Below, piece by piece: positions 20,430 through 34,910 of a stretch of DNA of 64,000 nucleotides. Both the position numbers and the translations under genes were made by a program. The DNA comes from Vulcanimicrobiota bacterium (GTDB lineage Bacteria > Vulcanimicrobiota > Vulcanimicrobiia > Eremiobacterales > Eremiobacteraceae): assembly GCA_963812135.1 (NCBI GenBank), contig CAWETU010000001.1, forward strand, positions 1,536,001 through 1,600,000, in the 5' to 3' direction. Each line of letters begins with the position of its first letter. The stretch's first letter is position 1. The notes below the pieces were generated by a model that saw only the letters and a program-made list of their open reading frames with translations, was not told the DNA's origin and did no database searches.

Positions 20430-21136
20430 TTGCGTGAGACGCGAGCTTCGCTCGCGTCGTCACCCAAGCTTCGCTTGGGTGCTACATTCTTACGATCGGG
20501 TGCTACGTTCTTGCGGTCGGGGACATCTCGCGCTTGGCGGTAGACCGCGGTCAGCAATTCTTCCGCGCTCGAGATCGAGCCGTTCGCGGCCATCGCTTCT
20601 TTGACCATGCGCTCGGCTTCGCCGCGCTTGTACTGCAGCTGCAGCAGCACTTCCATCGCCTCCGCGACGTGATCGGGCTGCGCGGCGGCTGCATGTGACT
20701 CGCCTTGGATCAACCCGAAGCGCGCGACCTTGCCCTGCAGCTTGGCGACGATGTCCTTGGCTTTTTGGTCGCCGATGCCCGGCAGGCGGCGCAGTGCATC
20801 GCGATCGCCGTCGTCGATGTAGCGCGCGATCTCCGCCATCGGCCGAGCGAAGGCCCGGACCGCCGTCTTGGGGCCGACGCTTGAGACACTGAGCAGCGCT
20901 TCGAAGAAATCGCGTTCGACGCCGTTGGTGAAACCGATGTACGCGGGCATGCCGCGATTGCCGTCGATCTGCAGATACGAGTACACTTCGAGCATCACCG
21001 GGCGACCGAGCTCGACGCGCGCGATCTTGTCCATCACGCAACCCGGCAGCATGACGTCGTAGGACAGGCCACCGACGTCGATGAGCACGGAGTTGTCACG
21101 CCGTTCGCGCAGCAGCCCTTCGATGCGCGAGAACAT
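20426..21136 (-). CDS. ruvA: Holliday junction binding protein RuvA with extended tail
   Basis: LLSVSSVGPKTA, LPGIGDQKA; lies between ruvC and ruvB. Confidence 0.92.
   Translation of the reverse strand: MFSRIEGLLRERRDNSVLIDVGGLSYDVMLPGCVMDKIARVELGRPVMLEVYSYLQIDGNRGMPAYIGFTNGVERDFFEALLSVSSVGPKTAVRAFARPMAEIARYIDDGDRDALRRLPGIGDQKAKDIVAKLQGKVARFGLIQGESHAAAAQPDHVAEAMEVLLQLQYKRGEAERMVKEAMAANGSISSAEELLTAVYRQARDVPDRKNVAPDRKNVAPKRSLGDDASEARVSRK
20438..20522. repeat. GTAG-type REP-like hairpins and 21-bp tandem repeat inside the ruvA 3' end
   Basis: GACGCGAGC-TTC-GCTCGCGTC (20438-20458); CACCCAAGC-TTC-GCTTGGGTG (20461-20481) followed by CTAC; repeats encoding PDRKNVA twice. Confidence 0.7.
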
Positions 21137-21624
21137 CAGCGCACCCGCCGCCCGTTACGGTGCGCGCAGGCGATCGCCAGCGCGAGCGCGTCGGTGACGT
21201 CAGCCGGACGCGGCACCTTGGCAAGGCGCAGTATTTGCACGACCATCCTCGCCACTTGTTCCTTAGAGGCGCCGCCGCTTCCGGCAAGCGCGCGTTTGAC
21301 GCTCGTCGCCGAGAACTCCACCACCTCAAGGCGGGCACCGGCGACCGCCGCGAGCAGCGCGCCGCGCGCGTGCGCCATCATGATCGTCGTCTTCGGGTTC
21401 ACGGCTCGCGCGAAGACCTCTTCGATCGCGACGAGGTCGGGACGCGTCGCCTTGATGATCGCCTGCAAGCTGTCGTTGATGTCGCCGAGGCGCGCAGTGA
21501 AGGTCTGTGCGCGGCCGTCGGTCGTGATGATGCCGGCCTCGATGAGGCGCACGACGCTGCCGCGGCTCTCGATCACGCCGTAGCCGGTCGAGCGAACGCT
21601 TGGGTCGATGCCTAAGACGCGCAT
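21136..21624 (-). CDS. ruvC: Crossover junction endodeoxyribonuclease RuvC
   Basis: VLGIDPS, AIEEVF, KEQV, DVTDALA. Confidence 0.95.
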   Translation of the reverse strand: MRVLGIDPSVRSTGYGVIESRGSVVRLIEAGIITTDGRAQTFTARLGDINDSLQAIIKATRPDLVAIEEVFARAVNPKTTIMMAHARGALLAAVAGARLEVVEFSATSVKRALAGSGGASKEQVARMVVQILRLAKVPRPADVTDALALAIACAHRNGRRVR

Positions 21625-21628
21625 GCCG

Positions 21629-23723
21629 TCATTTGCCGACGATGAGCGTCACCGCGCTGCCGGCCGAGGGCGTCGTGCCGACGGGCGGATCGGTGCTCAG
21701 CACCTTCGCGTCGGCCGGCGAGCCGGGCAGCACCGTGACGCGGTCGACGCGATAGCCGTTGCGCTCCAGCACCGCTTTTGCCTGATCGACCGACAACCCG
21801 ACGACGTTAGGCACCGGTACTCCTGGCACCGCGCCCTGTCCGTCGGGACTCGCAGCGGGTGCGGCCGAGCTCGCTCCGGCCGAAACCACGACGTCGATCG
21901 CGGCGCCTTGGCTCACGCGCGCGAATGCGCCAGGCGTCTGACTGACGACGGTGCCGGGCGGCTTGTCGGGCACGTCGGCCTGCACGATGTTGCCGACGGT
22001 GAGCCCTGCGCTCGCGAGCTGCTGCCGCGCCGCGTCGAGCGTCTGGCCGACGAGCATCGGCACTTCGATCTCCGCCGGCCCCGCGCTCACGTCGGCCATG
22101 ACGGTGCCGCCGGGCGCCAGGCTGCCGCGCTCGCTCGGATCCTGGCTCAAGATCACGTCGGCCGGGATGTTGGTGACCGCGATGCGCGAGTTCACGCCCA
22201 GTTTCAAGCCGAGTTTGGCGAGCAGTTTAGTCGCCTCATCGAGCGTCATCGAAACGATGTTGGGCACGGTCACCATCGCGGGGCCCAAGCTGACGCTCGT
22301 CACGACGGTGCCGCCTTTGCCCAGCGGCGAGCCGGGTGCCGGGTTGGTCGCGGCGACCAGACCCGCTTTGACCGTCGCGCTATGGATCGGCGCGCCGGTC
22401 TTCACGACGAAACCTTGCGCGCTGAGATATTCTTGCGCGTTTTTTGGCTCCTGGCCGAGGACGTTCGGCACCTCGACGGTTGGCGGTCCGGTGCTCACGA
22501 GCAGCGTGACGGGGGTGCCGGGCTGCACGGGCTGATTCGTCGCGGGCTCCGTGCCGGAGACTAAACCACCTTGCACCGTCTGATCCGGGCCTTGTCTGAT
22601 GGCGACGTCATCGATGCCGAGCGCGTGCAGCGTCGCGATCGACTCGGCGACCGATTTGCCGGTCAGGTCGGGGACGCGCATGTTGTGCGACGATGCCTGT
22701 CGGGCGGCGAGCACGAGGGCCACGATAACAAGCAGCGCTACGAGGCCGCCTACGTACGCCAGCGCGCGTCCGGCGCGCCACGCCGGCGGCCGTTGCTCGG
22801 GCGGCAGGTCGGAAGGTTTGGCGCCGGCCTCGACCATCGTTTGGCGCGCCCGGCGTCGCAAGATCTCGGTCGGCGCATCGGGGCCGGCTTCTTCTTCAAC
22901 GTCGTCGTCTTCGACGTGTCCGCGCACGAGTTGGCGCAGCGCGCCGAGCAGCTCGCCGGCCGAATGATAGCGCTCCTCCGGAGCCTTGCGCAGCAGCTTG
23001 CTGATGATGCCGGCGAAATGCGCGCTGATCGCCGCGCCTTTGCGCGAGCGGATCGGGCGCCGGTTCGCGCACGATCGCGTCGGCAAGCGCGTCGTTATCG
23101 GCGGCAGTGAACGGCCGAGCGCCCGTCACCATCTCGTAGAGCACGGCTCCAAGACTGTACAGATCGCTTGCCTCGCTCACGCGTTGGCCTGTCAGCGCTT
23201 CGGGCGGACAATACGGCAGTGACCCGAGCACGACATCCGCGTCCTCGCCGACCGCGTGCGCGATGCCGAAATCCGTCACGCGCACGACATCCTCGCGCGT
23301 GATGAGGATGTTGGACGGCTTGATGTCGCGATGCAGCAGCTCTTGGCGGTGCGCTGCCGCGAGCGCGGCGCAGATCTGACGCGCATAGCGCACCGCGACG
23401 GATTCTGGCAAGCGGCCCTGCCGCGCGATCAGCGTCCCAAGCGTCTCGCCCGGCACGTATTCCTCGACGATATAGTGCTCGCCGCCGACCTTGCCGACGT
23501 CGTATGTCGTCACGATGTTCGGATGCGACAGCTTCGCCGCTGCTTGCGCTTCGAAGTCGAAGCGCTGCACGAATGCCGCGTCCGCCGAGAATGCCGGGCG
23601 CAGCACTTTGATGGCCACTTGGCGCCGCAAGATGAGATCGTATCCGCGGAACACCACGGCCATGCCGCCCTCGCCGATCTTCGCGTCGAGGCGGTAACGG
23701 TCGTTGTAGATGACGTCTGCCAT
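21629..23723 (-). CDS. pknB: Ser/Thr kinase with TM and PASTA repeats (PknB/Stk1-like), frameshifted near 23040
   Basis: IGEGGMAVV, HRDIKPSN, TDFGIA in ORF ending 22896; TM plus VP(N/D)xxG PASTA repeats in 21629..23086. Confidence 0.88.
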
Positions 23724-25129
23724 TATTGTTGATACATCGGAAGGATCGACGTGAGGATGTCGCGCGCGACCGGCGCCGCGACGGCGCCGCCGTAGCCCGC
23801 GTCTTCGACGATCACCGCCACGACGAGGCGCGGGTGCTCGGCGGGCGCGAAACACACGAACCAGGCGTCCGGCGGCGCGCCGACGTGCGTGCCTGTCCCC
23901 GTTTTTCCGGCGACCGTCACTCCGGAGATTCGCGCTGCGGTGCCGGTACCATTGCGCACCACCGCGATCATCATCGTCCGCATCTCGTCGGCGGTCGTCA
24001 GCGACATCACGCGCTCCCACACGGCCGGGGGGACGTCGAGCGCATGCCCGGGTCCGAACCGGAACTGCTTGACCAGTTGCGGGCGCATCATAATGCCGTG
24101 GTTGGCGATCGTCGAGGCGACCAGCGCCATGCGCAGCGGGGTGACCGCCAGTCCGCCTTGGCCGAACGACATCTGCGCCAGCTCCGACGGCGAGACGGTC
24201 TCCTTGAGCGGCACCTCATCGCGCGCAGCGGGCACGGCGACCTGCGGATCGTCGCCGACGTGGAAGCGATGCAGATAATCGTAGAAACCGTCCAAGCCGA
24301 GCCGGATGCCGATCTGGGCAAAGTCCACGTTGCTCGAGAGCGCGAACGCATTGACGAGATTCTGGGTGCCGGTCACCTCGTGCCGGTCGTTTTCGACTTT
24401 GAAGGAGCCGATCGCGAAATAGCCGGGATCGGTGAACGTGTCGGTAGGGACGACGACGCCGCTATCGAGCGCAGCGCTCCCCGTGACCATCTTGAACGTC
24501 GAGCCGGGCGGATACAACCCGGCGAATGCGCGGTCCAACAGCGGCGAGTTCGGGTTGGAACGCAACGCCTTCCACTGCGTTCCCAAGATGTTCGGATCGA
24601 ACGTCGGACGGTTGACTGCCGCGAGGATCGCGCCGTTGCGCGGATCCATGACGATCGCGGCGCCGCGCACGCCTGGCGGCAGGGCGTCGTCCACCGCTTT
24701 GGCGATGTCGGCGCGCAGCGTGAGCACGACGTCGCCGCCGGTGCGTGTCGACGTCTGGCCAACCGGCCGGAAGAAACCGCCGATGTCTGCGCCGCCCGCA
24801 GCCGGCAACGGCGCGGCAAGCACCGAGTCCAGCGCGGCCTCCAGACCGGACTCGCCGTAGACCGGCGAGGAGTAGCCGACGAGCTGCGCGAGCGCCGTCC
24901 CCGCGCTGTACAAGCGGCGAACGCCCTTGGTCTGCGCGAGCGGCACGCCGCGCGCGTCGAGCAGCGCGCCTCGGTAATCATTCGTCAGGCTGCGTCGCGG
25001 GTTGCCGGGGCGTTGTGAGATCGTCGCACGCTGCACGATCTGGACGCGTATCTCTTGTACGGCCAGCAGCGCGAACAGCGCGATGAAGACGACCACCACG
25101 CGCGTCAGACGGGATCGCATGTTCCGCAC
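23723..25129 (-). CDS. Class B penicillin-binding protein (PbpA-like)
   Basis: PGSTFK (SxxK), SSN, KTGT motifs; N-terminal TM. Confidence 0.92.
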   Translation of the reverse strand: MRNMRSRLTRVVVVFIALFALLAVQEIRVQIVQRATISQRPGNPRRSLTNDYRGALLDARGVPLAQTKGVRRLYSAGTALAQLVGYSSPVYGESGLEAALDSVLAAPLPAAGGADIGGFFRPVGQTSTRTGGDVVLTLRADIAKAVDDALPPGVRGAAIVMDPRNGAILAAVNRPTFDPNILGTQWKALRSNPNSPLLDRAFAGLYPPGSTFKMVTGSAALDSGVVVPTDTFTDPGYFAIGSFKVENDRHEVTGTQNLVNAFALSSNVDFAQIGIRLGLDGFYDYLHRFHVGDDPQVAVPAARDEVPLKETVSPSELAQMSFGQGGLAVTPLRMALVASTIANHGIMMRPQLVKQFRFGPGHALDVPPAVWERVMSLTTADEMRTMMIAVVRNGTGTAARISGVTVAGKTGTGTHVGAPPDAWFVCFAPAEHPRLVVAVIVEDAGYGGAVAAPVARDILTSILPMYQQ

Positions 25130-28344
<3,215 letters not shown>

Positions 28345-28348
<4 letters not shown>

Positions 28349-29448
28349 GCTTTCCCCGCGCGCTGTTCGAGGCCGTGCACGAAATCGGCGAACAGATGGC
28401 GCGCGTCCGTCGGTCCGGGCGACGCTTCGGGATGGAACTGCACCGACTCGATCGGCAGCCGCCGGTGGCGCAATCCTTCGTTGGTCCCGTCGTTGAGATT
28501 GATCATCGTCTGCTCGACGTCGGGCGGCAGCGATGCGGGGTCCACCGCGTAGCCGTGGTTTTGCGCGGTGACGATGACGTCTTTGGTGTCGACGCGCTGC
28601 ACGGGCTGGTTGCCGCCGCGATGACCGTACTTCAATTTGAAGGTCGAGGCGCCGAGCGCCAGGGCGAGCACTTGGTGGCCGAGGCAGATGCCGAACGTGG
28701 GCAGCTTGCCGTACTCGACGACGCGACGCAAGGTGTCGACGACGCCGGTCAGCTCGGCGGGATCGCCCGGCCCGTTGCTGACCACCAACCCATCGGGTTT
28801 GAGCGCCATCAATGCTTCGAACGACGTGTCGAACGGCGCTTCGACGACTTGCGCGCCCGCCGCCGCGAGGCAATCCGCGATGTTCTCTTTCGCGCCGCAA
28901 TCCAGCAGCGCGACGCGCACGCGCCCGCCGGGGCGGTCGAGGTCGTGGCCGCTCTCCACCGCGCGCACGAGGTCGGGCGTGGACAGCGGCTGCGCGACGT
29001 AGCGTTGGAGGTCGCTCGGCGCTTTGGCGATCGCCGCATCGCCGACGGCGAGCACCGAACGCATCGTGCCGGCCTCGCGCAAGCGGATCACGAGCGAGCG
29101 CGTGTCGACGCCTTCGATGCCGCGCACGCCGCCGGTCTCCATCCATTGGTCGAGCCGGCCGCTGCTGCGATAGTGGCTAGGATGCTTGCTCACACGCTTG
29201 AAGACGGCGCCTGCCGCGCAGATCGATTTGTGTTGGCGGACCGCAGGGTCGATGCCGTAGTTGCCGATGAGCGGATAGCAGAACGTGATGATCTGCCCGG
29301 CATACGATGGATCGGTGAGCGCCTCTTCGTAACCGGTCACGCCGGTGAAGAACACCGCCTCTCCCAAGGCGGTGCCGTCCGGTCCGATCGCGGCGCCTTC
29401 ATACGCCGCGCCGTCGGCCAATAAGAGGAGCGCAGGCCGCCTCGTCAC
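28345..29448 (-). CDS. carA: Carbamoyl-phosphate synthase small subunit
   Basis: [25 protein letters not shown]. Confidence 0.97.
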
Positions 29449-30806
29449 GTGCGCACCGCGGTCTTCGCACCGCTCGCCGGCCTGGGTTCAGCGGCAGCGC
29501 GGTCTTGTTCGTCGGCGCGGTGCACGATCGCACCGGCCACGACCGTGAGCGCTGGGCGGACTTTGAACGTCCGGCCGGCAAACGGCGTCACTTTGCCCAT
29601 CGAGAGGAAGCGCTGCGGGTCCACCGTCCACGGGCGGTCGAGATACAAGCCGGTGATGTCGGCAGGTGCGCCGACGGCGAGCGTGCCGCCCCGCACGCCG
29701 AGCAGCGCGGCGACGTTGCTCGAAAAATTCGCGATCATCGTCTTTATCGGCACGTCGGGCAGCGCGTCGAACGTCGCGGCGACTGCGGTCTCCAAACCGG
29801 TGAAGCCGACGCACGCGTGCGAGAGCGGCGGTTCTTTCTCGGCCGCGGTATGCGGCGCGTGGTCGCTCGCGAAAATCGTGATGGTGCCGTCGCGCACCGC
29901 GTCGCGCAGCGCCTCGACGTCCGCTTCGGTGCGCAGCGGCGGATTGACGCGCATCGCGGCGTCGAAGCCGCGCAAGAGCTCGTGCGTGCACTGCAGGTGG
30001 TGGGGCGTGACTTCGGCGGTGACGCCGATGCCGGCGGTGCGCGCCCAGCGCAAGACATCGAGCGTCATGCGCGTGCTCACGTGGCAGAGATGCCACGCTT
30101 TACCGGTCGCCTGCGCGACGAGCAGATCGCGAGCGGCGATCGCGGCCTCGGCGAGCGCCGGCGAGCCGGGGACACCAAGCAGGTCGCTGATCTCGCCTTC
30201 GTGCATGAGCGCGCCGGCGAAGCTCGGGTCTTCGCAATGCGAGAGGAACGGTTGCGGCAGGTCAGCGATCAGCTTCGCCGCGTGATACAACGTCTTGAGC
30301 GAGCGCGTTGCGTTGCCGTCGTCGGAGAAAGCGACCGCGCCCGCCGCAACCATCGAGCGCAGCGGCGCGAGCGCTTCGCCATCGCGGCCCTTGGTGATCG
30401 CGCCGATCGCGTAACATCGCGCCGAGTGCAGCGCTGCGGCGTCGGCGATCAAGCGGGCCACGCGCGACGCGTCATCCATGGCCGGCCGCACGTTGGGCAT
30501 CGCCGCGATGGCGGCGAACCCGCCGGCCGCCGCCGCGGCGAGCGCGGTGCGCAGCGTCTCTTTGTGGGTCTCGCCCGGTTCACGGGCGTGGACGTGAGGA
30601 TCGATGAAACCCGGACAGAGCACCATGCCGGCGCAGTCGACGCGTTCGGTGTGCGGGTCCGCCGCCGCCGGCGCGCGATCGAGCAGCGCGGTGACGACGC
30701 CGTTGCGGACCACGATCGTTCGGATGGCGTCCAGACCGAGCACCGGGTCGACGACTCGCGCGCCGACGAAGTCGCGGTTCTCGGATTTGGTCAGCGGGTT
30801 TTTCAT
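29445..30806 (-). CDS. pyrC: Dihydroorotase
   Basis: PGFIDPHVHAREPG, AEVTPHH, NPPLR, SDHAPH. Confidence 0.95.
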   Translation of the reverse strand: MKNPLTKSENRDFVGARVVDPVLGLDAIRTIVVRNGVVTALLDRAPAAADPHTERVDCAGMVLCPGFIDPHVHAREPGETHKETLRTALAAAAAGGFAAIAAMPNVRPAMDDASRVARLIADAAALHSARCYAIGAITKGRDGEALAPLRSMVAAGAVAFSDDGNATRSLKTLYHAAKLIADLPQPFLSHCEDPSFAGALMHEGEISDLLGVPGSPALAEAAIAARDLLVAQATGKAWHLCHVSTRMTLDVLRWARTAGIGVTAEVTPHHLQCTHELLRGFDAAMRVNPPLRTEADVEALRDAVRDGTITIFASDHAPHTAAEKEPPLSHACVGFTGLETAVAATFDALPDVPIKTMIANFSSNVAALLGVRGGTLAVGAPADITGLYLDRPWTVDPQRFLSMGKVTPFAGRTFKVRPALTVVAGAIVHRADEQDRAAAEPRPASGAKTAVRT

Positions 30807-31738
30807 GCGCGCCCCGCAGCGGCGCGCTCGAGCGGCCGCAGGCAGCGTTCGAGCACCGCCATGCGCGCGTACACGCCGTTTTGGACCTGGCGCTCGATGC
30901 GGCTGCGCGCGTGGGTCACCAAGGAGTCATCGATCTCAAGCCCGCGGTTCACCGGCCCCGGATGCATGATCACCGCGTGCGGCGGCAGCTTGGCCATGCG
31001 TGCGGGCGTCAGCCCATATCCGCCGGTGAGATCTTCGAACGGCGGCAGCTCGCTCGCGTCGACGCGTTCCTTTTGTATGCGCAGCAGCATGAGCGCGTCG
31101 GCGGTCGGCAGGCATTTGTCGAGATCGGTCGCCAGGTCGGCGAATCCCCAGCCCGGCGCGGACAGCGTGAGCAACAACGGCGGCGCGCACAAGGTGACGC
31201 GCGCGCCGAGCAGCCACATCGCTCGCGCGGACGAACGCGCCACGCGGCTGTGGCGGATGTCGCCCGCGATGACGAGCCGGCGCCCTTCGAGGCTGCCGAG
31301 CTCTTCGACGAGCGTCATCGCATCGAGCACGCCTTGGGTCGGGTGCGCGTGCCAGCCGTCGCCTGCATTGATGACCGATCCGTTGAAGTGGCGCGCGAGC
31401 GCGTGCGGAAAGCCGCTCTCTTGATGCCGCACGACGATCGCATCGGCGCCGATGGCGGCGATGGTGCGCGCGGTGTCCTCGATCGACTCGCCTTTGGACA
31501 TGGACGATCCGCCGGTATCGAATGCTAGCCAGTGCGCTCCGAGCTGCTGTGCCGCCACCGCGAAGGAGTTCGCCGTGCGTGTGCTCGGCTCGAAGAACAT
31601 TCCGACGATCGTCCTGCCGCGTAAGCGGACGGCGGCGTCGGGCACGCCCTTCTTGAACGCATGGGCGCGCACGATCAACGCCTCGAGGGCCGGCCGCTGC
31701 GCGTCATCGAGGTCGAGGAAGTGCTGTGCGCCGATCAT
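30803..31738 (-). CDS. pyrB: Aspartate carbamoyltransferase catalytic subunit
   Basis: FFEPSTRT, NAGDG..HPTQ, MHPGPVNRG; ATG 31738. Confidence 0.95.
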   Translation of the reverse strand: MIGAQHFLDLDDAQRPALEALIVRAHAFKKGVPDAAVRLRGRTIVGMFFEPSTRTANSFAVAAQQLGAHWLAFDTGGSSMSKGESIEDTARTIAAIGADAIVVRHQESGFPHALARHFNGSVINAGDGWHAHPTQGVLDAMTLVEELGSLEGRRLVIAGDIRHSRVARSSARAMWLLGARVTLCAPPLLLTLSAPGWGFADLATDLDKCLPTADALMLLRIQKERVDASELPPFEDLTGGYGLTPARMAKLPPHAVIMHPGPVNRGLEIDDSLVTHARSRIERQVQNGVYARMAVLERCLRPLERAAAGRA

Positions 31739-32289
31739 TTCGGCCCGTAGATGACGACGCGGTCGGTGTCGGTGGCGGCGCCGTGCAGCTCGACCACCAC
31801 GTGTTCGGTGTGCGACGTCGGCACGAATCGGCCGCAGTAGTCCGCTTGGATGGGAAGTTCGCGCAAGCCGCGATCGACGAGCACGCACAAGCGCGCCGCT
31901 TGCGGGCGGCCCATGTCGGTGATCGCGTCCAGGGCGCTGCGAATGGTGCGTCCGGTGTAGAGGACGTCGTCGACGATGACGACTTCTTTGCCGGCGACAT
32001 CGTCGGCGATGTCGCTTTCGGGCATCTCGCGCTGGGCGGCATCGTCGCGGTAGAGGTTGATGTTCAGGAAGCCGATGGCGACATCCACACCCGTGCGCAG
32101 CTTGATCTCCGCATGGATGCGACGCACGAGGTTCTCACCGCCCTTGCGGATGCCGATGAGCAGGAGGTTCTCCGTGGCCCCGTTCGGTTCGATGATCTGC
32201 TGCGCCAAGCGCTCGATCGTGCGCTGCAGCTGCGCAGCCGAAAACACGACGCGCTTCTCTTGGAGCGTGTCGTCCCGAGTCGTCCTCAA
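31735..32289 (-). CDS. pyrR: Pyrimidine operon regulator / UPRTase PyrR
   Basis: LYRDD, VDDVLYTGRT, DRGLRELPIQAD. Confidence 0.92.
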   Translation of the reverse strand: MRTTRDDTLQEKRVVFSAAQLQRTIERLAQQIIEPNGATENLLLIGIRKGGENLVRRIHAEIKLRTGVDVAIGFLNINLYRDDAAQREMPESDIADDVAGKEVVIVDDVLYTGRTIRSALDAITDMGRPQAARLCVLVDRGLRELPIQADYCGRFVPTSHTEHVVVELHGAATDTDRVVIYGPK

Positions 32290-32501
32290 TCTGGTGTCCA
32301 GCCCTTTCGCGGCAGTGGTGCACGAGCCGGACTTTGTTATTCTCGTTCCATCCTGGGCTCGCCTGCCCGCCCAGCTCGCCGCCGCTTGGCAGTGCTCCGA
32401 TAAACCTGCGACGAGCGGGCGAATATGTGCGTTTCTATACCAGCAATGGGTACACTACAGATGTCATACAAAATGCACGAATCTCGAAGGGATGTCCTGA
32501 A

Positions 32502-33588
32502 GTGAATTTTCGCAACACGCTCCTGATCGGAGTCGCGTTCCTGTTCGTCGCCCTTGCCGGCGCCCCGCAGCCGGCACATGCCGAGACCGACGCGCAAAGG
32601 AACGCGTGCCGCGACCGCGTCGTTCAGACGTATCCTGGGGTCAACCCGGGCAATATCAGCATCAATCAGATGTGGGAGTCGAACGGCAGCGTTCGGCTCG
32701 ATTGGTCCGCCGGCGGCAACGCGAGCGGATTGTGCGTCATCGGGCCGCGCAACGAGGTCTACCAGTTCGTCAACAACGGTTCGACGTGGCAGGGGTCCAA
32801 GTGGAAATCAAGGCTACGGAAATCAAAGCTTTGGCAACGTGCCAGGCGTCGGCCAGTTCGTCGTCGTGAACGGCAGCGGCCGGGTCAGCGGCGGCGCGGT
32901 GAGCTTCCAAGCCTACGTGAACGGATCCGGGCCGAGCAACTGGTACGCCGACTGCTCCAATGGCCGCATGAACCAAAACGGACGTGTCGTGCAAGACAGT
33001 CCGCAGGCCCGTTATGTGGTGAGCTATATCTGCAGTGGTGGTCCGCCCCAGCAATTCCAAGCAAATACGTATAACTTCGGCAACGTGCCCGGCATCGGCC
33101 AGTTCGCGGTCGTGAACGGCAGCGGCACCGCGCAAAATGGCATCGTCAACTTCCAAGCATACGTGAACGGATTGGGTCCGTCAACGTGGACAGCGCTGTG
33201 CAACACAGGCACGCTTGGACAGGCGGGATATCAGCTGCCGGTCAGTTCTCAATCGCAATACGTCGTCAGTTACATCTGCAACGGGGGAAACCCGCAACAG
33301 GGGTATGGCGGATCGCCGCCACAGCAGTTCCAAAACGGCACGGTGAATTTCGGGTACGTCGCTGGCGTCGGCTCGCTTGCGGTGATCAACGGCAGCGGGC
33401 GTGCGCAAAACGGTGTCGTCAACTTCCTCGCGTATGTGAACGGGTCCGGGCCCTCGACGTGGACCGCCGCATGCAGCACCGGGCAAATCGGCCAGAACGG
33501 AAACTATGCGCCGTACAGCCCGCAGGCTCAGTACGTCGCGAGCTACATCTGCTCGGGTGGACCGCCCGGCGGCGCCTGGGGTCGCTGA
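32502..33588 (+). CDS. Secreted protein with three ~75-aa Cys-containing repeats, frameshifted near 32800
   Basis: Signal peptide (AHA) in ORF 32334 frame from GTG 32502; repeats FGxVxGxG...NGSG...AYVNGxGPSxW..C...YVxSYIC in ORF 32554 frame. Confidence 0.75.
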
Positions 33589-33600
33589 TCGCCGGCGACT

Positions 33601-34395
33601 TTATCTCGATGCCAGCCTGTGGCGATCATCAATCGGTTCATGGGCCAGGGCCAGAGCTGATTCAACGATAGAGCGACGCGCAGCGCGAACGGCACGATGA
33701 CGTTCGCGCTGTTGCGTTCTATGCCGTGGACGATCGCGTCGGCGACCTGCTCGGGCGTCAGTGTCGGAAAGAGCTTGCTCGCGCTGGGCAAGCGCTGTCG
33801 CGCGCCCGGGTTGCGATCCCAATAGCCGGACGTCACTTCGCCGGCGACGACGTGTGTGACGCCGACGCCGGTCTTGTGCAGATCGACACGCAGGGCTTGC
33901 GTGAATCCGCGCAGCGCCCAGCGGGCGGCCGCGTAGCCGGTGGAACCGGGCCACGGTGAGAACGCGGCCGGGGAGTCGACGTTCACGATACGTCCGCTGC
34001 GGCGCTCCAACATGGCCGGTAAGAACGCACTGGTCAGATAGAATGCCGCGAAATACGGCAACGCCATCATTGCTAACTGCTTCAGCCGGATCGGTCTCTT
34101 CTGCGTAGAGCCATCGGCCGGCGCCCGCGCTGTTGACGAGGATGTCGGGCGGCCCGACCTCACGCGCGATCGCCTGTGCGGCTTGTCGTGCCGCGCCGCC
34201 ATCGCTGAGATCGACCGGGTAGGTGGAGGCGGTTCCGCCATCCGCGCGGATCCGCGCGGCGACTCGTTCGAGGTCGCCTGCCGTGCGCGCGATGAGGGCG
34301 ATGTGTGCGCCGCGCTTGGCGAGCGCCTTTGCCGTCGCTTCACCGATGCCGCTCGACGCGCCCGAAACGACTGCGATGCGGCCGGCCGGCTTCAT
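33601..34395 (-). CDS. Short-chain dehydrogenase/reductase, frameshifted near 34075
   Basis: SGASSGIG and LVNSAG in one frame; YAAAR and C-terminal part in the other. Confidence 0.8.
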   Translation of the reverse strand: MKPAGRIAVVSGASSGIGEATAKALAKRGAHIALIARTAGDLERVAARIRADGGTASTYPVDLSDGGAARQAAQAIAREVGPPDILVNSAGAGRWLYAEETDPAEAVSNDGVAVFRGILSDQCVLTGHVGAPQRTYRERRLPGRVLTVARFHRLRGRPLGAARIHASPACRSAQDRRRRHTRRRRRSDVRLLGSQPGRATALAQREQALSDTDARAGRRRDRPRHRTQQRERHRAVRAARRSIVESALALAHEPIDDRHRLASR

Positions 34396-34408
34396 CTTCT
34401 TCTGGACG

Positions 34409-34865
34409 TTATGTCGGCCTGAGCACCATCACTGCGATGAGGGCGATCCACAGCAGGCCACTGATCGGTCCAGCGGCGGCGACGAGGCGATCGCCGAGGA
34501 CGGCGGTCAGTTCCGGATGACGGGTGATCGTCGGGGCTTGCGCGGCCGCTCTGGCAAGCCGCGCCGACCAGGCACCATGGACGCCGACACCGATGATAAG
34601 GAGCAGCGCGGCCAACACGTACGCGATCACAGCCACTTCGACATGAGGTCATAGCCGACGGCCGCCGCAGCCCCGAATCCAAACACGATTCCGACCAACA
34701 GGACGAATCACGCCGGCGATTTGCATCGGTCGCGCGACTTTGACCGCGGTGCGGATCGAGCGCACGTCGCCGCTTCGCGCGATCGCGGTCATGCAGGATG
34801 CCTACGCCCGTCGTGAATCCGAAGGCGATGAACATCGCGAGGATGTGTAAGATTTCCCAGATCAC
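34409..34865 (-). CDS. DUF2269-like membrane protein, frameshifted
   Basis: ILHILAMF start and ..LIAVMVLRP end lie in different frames; hydrophobic segments. Confidence 0.55.
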
Positions 34866-34910
34866 GCGCTCTCCTTAGAACTCGAAGTTGCCGTCTGGTT
34901 CATGATGTAC

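Noticed and set aside
32827..33570. CRISPR-like or non-coding repeat array
   Set aside because: Repeats are in-frame protein domain repeats with synonymous variation; no cas genes
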